From: Candidatus Darwinibacter acetoxidans
Lineage (GTDB): Bacteria; Bacillota; Limnochordia; Darwinibacteriales; Darwinibacteriaceae
DNA: 61,868 nucleotides
Assembly (NCBI GenBank): GCA_041936745.1
Contig: JBHGWS010000135.1
Coordinates: 1 to 61,868, forward strand
Reading direction: 5' to 3'
Part shown: one piece after another, positions 56,462 to 61,868 of the stretch
Position numbering within the stretch: position 1 is the stretch's first letter
Layout: each line of letters starts with the position of its first letter
Position numbers and translations under genes: made by a program
The notes under the pieces: model-generated
Told to the model about the DNA's origin: nothing
What the model saw: only the letters and a program-made list of their open reading frames with translations
The model's database searches: none

Positions 56462-57823
56462 ATGGCCTTAGAACCGCAAACAGCCGCCCAGCGGGACGAG
56501 TTGCGCAAAAGAGTTGTGGGTTTAGCTTGGCCCGCCATTGTGGAAAACCTCCTGCATACAATGGTAGGCATAGTGGATACGGCTATGGTCGGCCGCTTAG
56601 GCGCCGCCTCTTTGGCAGCTGTCGGCTTAGGCAATCAAATTTTTAATATCGGCTTGACCGTTTTTGCCGCCTTAGCTACAGGCAGTACCGCTTTGGTAGC
56701 CAGGCACATCGGCGCCAGGGAGCCGAAACAGGCGGGGGAAGTAGCTCGCCAATCTTTGATTTTAGGCGTTTTCGTCTCCGGCACCGTGATGCTTCTTTTA
56801 TTGTTTACCGCAAAAGATCTGCTGGGCTTTCTGTTTCGCCGCACAGAGGCGGCGGTCTTGGAACTGGGCGCATCATATGTGCGGATCGTTGCCTTAGTCG
56901 TCATCTTTAATTACTTTTTAATTGTGATCAACGCTATCTTACGAGGCGCGGGCGATACTAAAACGCCTATGCGCATTACTGCTTTAGTCAATGTTATAAA
57001 CATTATCGGCAACACCATTTTTATTTACGGTGTTGGGCCCATCCCCGCTTTAGGTGTAGCCGGCGCTGCTTTGGGAACCGCCGTGGCGCAGGCCTGCGGT
57101 GGCGTTTTAGCATTCATCGTGCTTTTAAGAAATGAAGCATTAGGCATCAGCCTAGCCGATTCTTTTTGGCCCGATAGTGCAATCATCCGCCGCATTGCCA
57201 ACATCGGCATCCCGGCAGGGGTAGAACAGGGGATCATGCGGGTGGGCCAATTATTTTACACCATGGTTGTCTCTTCTTTGGGGACAGTTGCTTATGCCGC
57301 TCACCAAGTGGCTTTAAATGCCGAATCGCTTTCGTTTATGCCCGGTGCCGGTTTTGCTACTGCCTCCACAACTTTGGTGGGGCAGAATTTAGGTGCCTTA
57401 AGGCCGGCCGATGCGGAAGAATCGGGTAAAATCACCCGCAATATGGCGGTTATGGTTATGTCCGCCATGGGTTTAGTTTTCTTTTTCGCCCCGGGGCCCT
57501 TAGTCGGTATTTTCTCAAAGGATCCGGAAGTGATGGAATTGGCAGTTGTCTGCCTCCGCTTGGTAGCGGTGGCCCAGCCCGCTTTAGCCGTTTGGATGGT
57601 CTTAGCGGGCGGCTTACGGGGTGCCGGTGATACGAGGGCCATCATGAAAATCGTTGCGGTAGGCTTTTTATTTGTCCGCTTAGGCCTTGCTTATCTTTTG
57701 GCAGTCCACCTGAATTACGGCTTAATTGGGGCTTGGGTAGCCATGGTAACCGATTTGTTTTTACGGGGGTTTTTAATCCACAGGCGTTTCAGGCAGGGAA
57801 AATGGAAAACAGTTCGTATCTAA
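56462..57823 (+). CDS. MATE family efflux transporter
   Basis: LAWPAI, D.AMVGRLG, RGAGDTK.P, GVAGAA, RGAGDT repeats. Confidence 0.93.
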   Translation: MALEPQTAAQRDELRKRVVGLAWPAIVENLLHTMVGIVDTAMVGRLGAASLAAVGLGNQIFNIGLTVFAALATGSTALVARHIGAREPKQAGEVARQSLILGVFVSGTVMLLLLFTAKDLLGFLFRRTEAAVLELGASYVRIVALVVIFNYFLIVINAILRGAGDTKTPMRITALVNVINIIGNTIFIYGVGPIPALGVAGAALGTAVAQACGGVLAFIVLLRNEALGISLADSFWPDSAIIRRIANIGIPAGVEQGIMRVGQLFYTMVVSSLGTVAYAAHQVALNAESLSFMPGAGFATASTTLVGQNLGALRPADAEESGKITRNMAVMVMSAMGLVFFFAPGPLVGIFSKDPEVMELAVVCLRLVAVAQPALAVWMVLAGGLRGAGDTRAIMKIVAVGFLFVRLGLAYLLAVHLNYGLIGAWVAMVTDLFLRGFLIHRRFRQGKWKTVRI

Positions 57824-57838
57824 GGAAGGAGAAGGAAT

Positions 57839-58939
57839 ATGCGGAATTTGAGTTTTTTTATGCCGACTAAAGTCCTGTACGGCAGGAAAGTTGTCACTGA
57901 AAGAAAAGATGATCTTGTTTTAGGCAAAAAAGCACTGATTGTCACGGGCAGATCTTCCGCCAAGCTTTCCGGCGCTTTGGACGAAGTTTTGGCAGTACTG
58001 CCCGGGGATTATGAAATTTTTTCGGAAGTGGAAAACAACCCCTCGCCGGAAACGGTGGCCAAGGGAGGGGAAGCGGCCAAAAGAGCCGGCTGTGATTATA
58101 TTATAGCTGTCGGCGGCGGCTCGCCTTTGGATGCTGCTAAAGTAATCGGTATCTTGGCAGTTAATGATAAAGACCCCTTGGAGCTGTATAAAAGCGGCTG
58201 GGAAAACCCGGCGCTGCCCGTAGCAGCGATCCCCACCACCGCGGGTACAGGCAGTGAAGTTACCCAGTATGCGGTTTTAACACTTGAAGAAGATGAGACC
58301 AAAAAAGGTTTAAGCGGCCCGGATCTCTTTCCCAAAACAGCTTTCCTCGATCCCCGCTACACAGCTTCACTGCCGCTGCAGGTTACCGTCGATACGGCGG
58401 TTGATGCCCTTTCGCACCTTGTGGAAGGCTATTTAAGTGAGCGGGCCACGCCTGCCAGCGATTTAACCGCACTAAAGGGCATGGAACTTTGGGGCGAAAA
58501 CATTGCTGCGTTAAAAGCGGGGAAATTCAGCCTTGCTGAGCGCGGGGCGCTTTTGCTCGCCTCTGCTTTAGGCGGCGTTACCATCGCCCACACGGGCACC
58601 GCGTTAGTGCATGCCCTCGGTTATTCCCTGACTTATTTCCATGATTTCCCCCACGGCCGGGCTAACGGGTTTTTAATGGGAGAATACTTGGCATATACTA
58701 AAACTGTCGCTCCCAAGCGGGTTGGGAAGGTGCTTGAGGCCCTGGGCCTTTCTTTGGCAGGCCTGCAGGAATTAATGGCCGAGCTGTTTGCGGATTATTT
58801 CCCCGGGTTTACATTGAGTGAAAAAGAAATAAAGGAATATGTGGCTAAAGCCAACCGAACGAGAAATGTAGCCAATTCTCTGGGCAGCCCCACTGAAAAA
58901 GAGCTGGTTGAAATACTGAAAGCCAGCCTGCAGGGATAA
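57839..58939 (+). CDS. Iron-containing alcohol dehydrogenase
   Basis: GGGSPLDAAK, PTTAGTGSE, DALSH, VHALG...PHG motifs. Confidence 0.92.
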   Translation: MRNLSFFMPTKVLYGRKVVTERKDDLVLGKKALIVTGRSSAKLSGALDEVLAVLPGDYEIFSEVENNPSPETVAKGGEAAKRAGCDYIIAVGGGSPLDAAKVIGILAVNDKDPLELYKSGWENPALPVAAIPTTAGTGSEVTQYAVLTLEEDETKKGLSGPDLFPKTAFLDPRYTASLPLQVTVDTAVDALSHLVEGYLSERATPASDLTALKGMELWGENIAALKAGKFSLAERGALLLASALGGVTIAHTGTALVHALGYSLTYFHDFPHGRANGFLMGEYLAYTKTVAPKRVGKVLEALGLSLAGLQELMAELFADYFPGFTLSEKEIKEYVAKANRTRNVANSLGSPTEKELVEILKASLQG

Positions 58940-58961
58940 AAAGGGCCGCAAGGCCCTTTTT
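58938..58961. terminator. Bidirectional terminator
   Basis: AAAAGGGCC-gcaa-GGCCCTTTT. Confidence 0.85.
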
Positions 58962-60072
58962 AACTAACTTTTATAATTGACACCACGTATTCTGCGGCTT
59001 TAACCAACTCATCGATGGGCATCCTTTCCGAGGTAGTATGTACGTTAGCATAGCCTACCCCCAGGACAACGGAAGGAATGCCGTAGGCATTAATGATGTT
59101 GGCATCGCTGCCTCCGCCCGTGCTTTCGAAGTGTGGTTCTACGCCCATTGCCTCAGCCGCTTGACAGGCTAATTTGACTACGTAATCATCTTGGTTTAAA
59201 CTGAATGAGCGGTAACTGTCTTCAATTTCAATGTCTGCGGTTACCCCGTAATCGGTGCAGACTTTCCTGACTGTCTCAGCCATATGTTCAATTTGTTTAT
59301 CTAATTTAGCATCATCCCGGGAGCGGGCCTCGCCCCAAAGTTTCACTTTGTCCGGCACAATGTTTGTCGCTCCGCCTCCTTTGATGATGCCGATATTAGC
59401 GGTGGTTTCCATATCCAGGCGCCCTAAATTCATCTTGGTGATGGCGTGCGCTGCCACAACTATGGCGTTGATGCCTGTTTCAGGTGCCACGCCGGCGTGG
59501 GCAGCCTTGCCGTGGACGGTAATTTCGATACCTTTTTGAGCCGGGGCCTGGACAATGATTGTGCCGACGGGCCCATCCGAATCTAAAAAGTAGCCCGCTT
59601 GGGCCTGCAGTTTTGTGTGATCGAGGGATTTGGCGCCAAAGAGGCCACCTTCTTCCGCGACGGTGAAGAGGATTTCTATCCTGCCGTGGGGAATTTTCTC
59701 TTCCTTGACAACGCGTAAGCCTTCCAAAATTGCTGCCAAGCCGGTTACATCGTCAGCGGCCAAAATGGTAGTGCCGTCGCTTGTAATAATTCCGTCGCTG
59801 ATCTTAGGTTTGATGCCGCTGCCTGGTTCAACCCGATCCATATGGGCGCAAAAAAGCAGGGGTGTAGTATCTAATTCCCCTTCTAAGACAGCGATAATAT
59901 TGCCTGTGTTGCCGCCGATCTTTTCGCCTGCGTCATCTTCGGTTACGGCAAGCCCTAAATCTTTGAGTTTAGTTTTAAGTACATCGGCGATCTGCCTTTC
60001 ATTTTTAGTGGCGGCGTCAATTTGCACCAATTCCAAAAACTCGTCTAATAAGCGTTGTTGATTTACGCTCAT
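58960..60072 (-). CDS. M20 peptidase, peptidase T-like (YqjE)
   Basis: AHMDRV, AADD, EEGG, HAG, GGSDAN, HT..E motifs; ATG 60072. Confidence 0.9.
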   Translation of the reverse strand: MSVNQQRLLDEFLELVQIDAATKNERQIADVLKTKLKDLGLAVTEDDAGEKIGGNTGNIIAVLEGELDTTPLLFCAHMDRVEPGSGIKPKISDGIITSDGTTILAADDVTGLAAILEGLRVVKEEKIPHGRIEILFTVAEEGGLFGAKSLDHTKLQAQAGYFLDSDGPVGTIIVQAPAQKGIEITVHGKAAHAGVAPETGINAIVVAAHAITKMNLGRLDMETTANIGIIKGGGATNIVPDKVKLWGEARSRDDAKLDKQIEHMAETVRKVCTDYGVTADIEIEDSYRSFSLNQDDYVVKLACQAAEAMGVEPHFESTGGGSDANIINAYGIPSVVLGVGYANVHTTSERMPIDELVKAAEYVVSIIKVS

Positions 60073-60170
60073 GCCAATCAACCTCCTTCTAGCCTATTTT
60101 TTCAACATCTGTGTTCTGTTTCCTGCAAAGGATTGGAGGCGGTGGGCAGCGAAGTATATGATGAAATGGA

Positions 60171-60923
60171 TTGATGGCAGTGGAAGATATGGTCAGCCTG
60201 GTTTTATACGCAGGAGAACTTCTGTTAACCTGCGGGGCGGAAATGTACCGGGTGGAAGAAACCATCGAACGTATGGGTAAAGCTGCAGGTTTCAGCCAAG
60301 TTGAGGTGTTTGCGACACCAACGGGGCTGTTTATCTCGCTGCACACCTTGGCAGGCCGCGTCTATACTAGAGTGCGGCGTATCCGCAGTGCACAGAACAA
60401 TTTAGAGGTGATTGCGGAAGTAAATTCCCTCAGCAGGGAGTTTTCCCAAGGTTTAATCACCGCCGGCGGTGTCAGAGAAAAACTGTCTGTTTTGGCTGAT
60501 TCTGTTCAAAATACGGATTACAAGCGCTGCTTGGCCGGGGGGCTGGGGGCGGGCGCTTTTACCTTAATGTATCAGGGGGGCTTTTTGGAAAGCCTGCTGG
60601 CGGCAGCGATTGGGGCTTTGGTATTAATTTTAACTGCCAAACTCGGCCAATATCCCGTGCCCACCGTCTTGAAAGCGGCAGTAGGCGCCATTACCGCTGC
60701 TGCCTTGGCGCTGGTTTTAGGCTCTTGCGCGGGTTTAAACGTCAACCTGGCGGTCTTAGGCTCCGTCATGGTTTTGGCTCCGGGGGTGGTTATGACTACC
60801 GCCGTGAGGGATCTGTTAAGCGGGGAATTGGTATCCGGTGTTTCCCGCGCCGCGGAAGCGTTAGCGGTAGCTGTGGCCGTGGCCACCGGGGTGGCAGTTG
60901 TCCTTAGTATTGGGGGCGGGTAA
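60171..60923 (+). CDS. Threonine/serine exporter ThrE-family, large subunit
   Basis: GELLL.CGAE.YRVEET..R, PG...T.A.RDL..G.L.SG motifs. Confidence 0.88.
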   Translation: MMAVEDMVSLVLYAGELLLTCGAEMYRVEETIERMGKAAGFSQVEVFATPTGLFISLHTLAGRVYTRVRRIRSAQNNLEVIAEVNSLSREFSQGLITAGGVREKLSVLADSVQNTDYKRCLAGGLGAGAFTLMYQGGFLESLLAAAIGALVLILTAKLGQYPVPTVLKAAVGAITAAALALVLGSCAGLNVNLAVLGSVMVLAPGVVMTTAVRDLLSGELVSGVSRAAEALAVAVAVATGVAVVLSIGGG

Positions 60924-60924
60924 A

Positions 60925-61365
60925 ATGGGCGTGCAGATTGCAGCCGGGTTTGTCTCCGCGGCGGCCTTTGCTTATTTATATCGGGCGCCTAAAAACCAAA
61001 TTTTGCGCAGCGGGTTAGTTGGCGGGGCGGGCTGGCTCGTCTTTTTACTCGCTAAAGATATTTTAGGCGAGATCAGTGCAATGTTTCTCGCCGCCACGGT
61101 GGCGGCCGTCTTAAGCGAAACCTTTGCCAGGCGGATTAAACAGCCTGTGGTGGTACTTTTGATCCCCGGGGTGATTCCTTTGGTCCCCGGCGGCAAAGCG
61201 TATTTAACCATGCTCAGCTTTTTGCAGGACGATTACATCCAAGGGTTGGAGCTTTTAGTTTCAACCATGTTTCTCGCCGGTGCCGTAGCGGCCGGGATTA
61301 TCCTGGCTAGCTCAGCTTTTCGGATCTTTCACCGGGCTAACTCTTTAGGAGGTAGGAACACATGA
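60925..61365 (+). CDS. ThrE-family small subunit (DUF3815-like)
   Basis: IPG.IPLVPGG.AY motif; coupled to the upstream gene. Confidence 0.85.
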   Translation: MGVQIAAGFVSAAAFAYLYRAPKNQILRSGLVGGAGWLVFLLAKDILGEISAMFLAATVAAVLSETFARRIKQPVVVLLIPGVIPLVPGGKAYLTMLSFLQDDYIQGLELLVSTMFLAGAVAAGIILASSAFRIFHRANSLGGRNT

Positions 61366-61868
61366 AGAAGAAAATGATTACGGTTGCTTTGGATAACCGA
61401 GAAATTGAGGTGGCAAAAGGGACTTTAATCGGCGACTTGGCGAAAAACCTGCCGGAAGCGGAAGGTGCGGTGATAGCCCGGGTCAATAATGAAATTATGG
61501 GCTATCAATTCCCCTTGGAGGAAGACTGCAGCCTGCAGTTTTTAAGCACAAACACTTCGGATGGGGTCCGTGCCTACCGGGCAAGCCTGGTCTTTTTATT
61601 CGTGCGGGCCGCTCTGGAGGTGCTGCCGGGCTGTACGGTGCATATTCAGCATTCTTTAAATAACGGCCTTTACGGCGAGATTGATTACAGCCAGCCCGTA
61701 ATAGAAAAAGATATCAAAGCCATTGAAAACAGAATGCGCGAATTTGTGGCCATGGACATCCCCTTCCACCGGCGGACGGTACCTGTGGCCAAGGCCCGGG
61801 AGATCTATACTAAGCAGGGTTTTCATGATAAACTGCGGCTTTTAGAGCAGTATGAAGGGGAGGAAGTC
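61362..61868 (+). CDS. Nucleoside (uridine) kinase family protein with N-terminal TGS/ThrRS-like domain, 3' truncated (absent from ORF track)
   Basis: Manual translation MKKKMITVALDN...ARVNNE...DGVRAYRASLVFLF...HSLNNGLYGE...RMREFVAMDIPF; GGAGG RBS; the kinase domain would lie beyond the window. Confidence 0.7.
   Translation, partial: MKKKMITVALDNREIEVAKGTLIGDLAKNLPEAEGAVIARVNNEIMGYQFPLEEDCSLQFLSTNTSDGVRAYRASLVFLFVRAALEVLPGCTVHIQHSLNNGLYGEIDYSQPVIEKDIKAIENRMREFVAMDIPFHRRTVPVAKAREIYTKQGFHDKLRLLEQYEGEEV

Overview
A 61.9 kb chromosomal window from an anaerobic, flagellated, spore-forming Bacillota (Firmicutes) bacterium. Evidence: TTG/GTG starts with GGAGG RBSs, sigmaA and sigma28 promoters, a gerA-type operon and DegV proteins. 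The secreted solute-binding proteins lack lipoboxes, which hints at a diderm lineage. I found no mobile element, CRISPR array, rRNA or tRNA. Most genes are housekeeping, transport or c-di-GMP signalling. The standout is a tightly coupled 14-gene operon (11080-25725). It encodes a SorC/DeoR regulator with a recognisable operator, a BMP-type nucleoside ABC importer, an MTA/SAH-type deaminase, DUF1152, an LsrK-like FGGY kinase, a FucA-like aldolase, three dehydrogenases, a YczE-type membrane protein and an RpiB whose phosphate-binding residues are substituted. I infer an uncharacterised nucleoside/modified-pentose catabolic pathway, possibly a convergent DHAP shunt for 5'-deoxy- or 5'-methylthio-nucleosides. 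Also notable: a sigma28 fliD-fliT-methyltransferase-tandem ComFB unit, tyrosine phenol-lyase, a Ger receptor operon with a small D-like subunit and a solo Fe-S PD-(D/E)xK nuclease. All family calls come from motif recognition by eye; no database searches were run.
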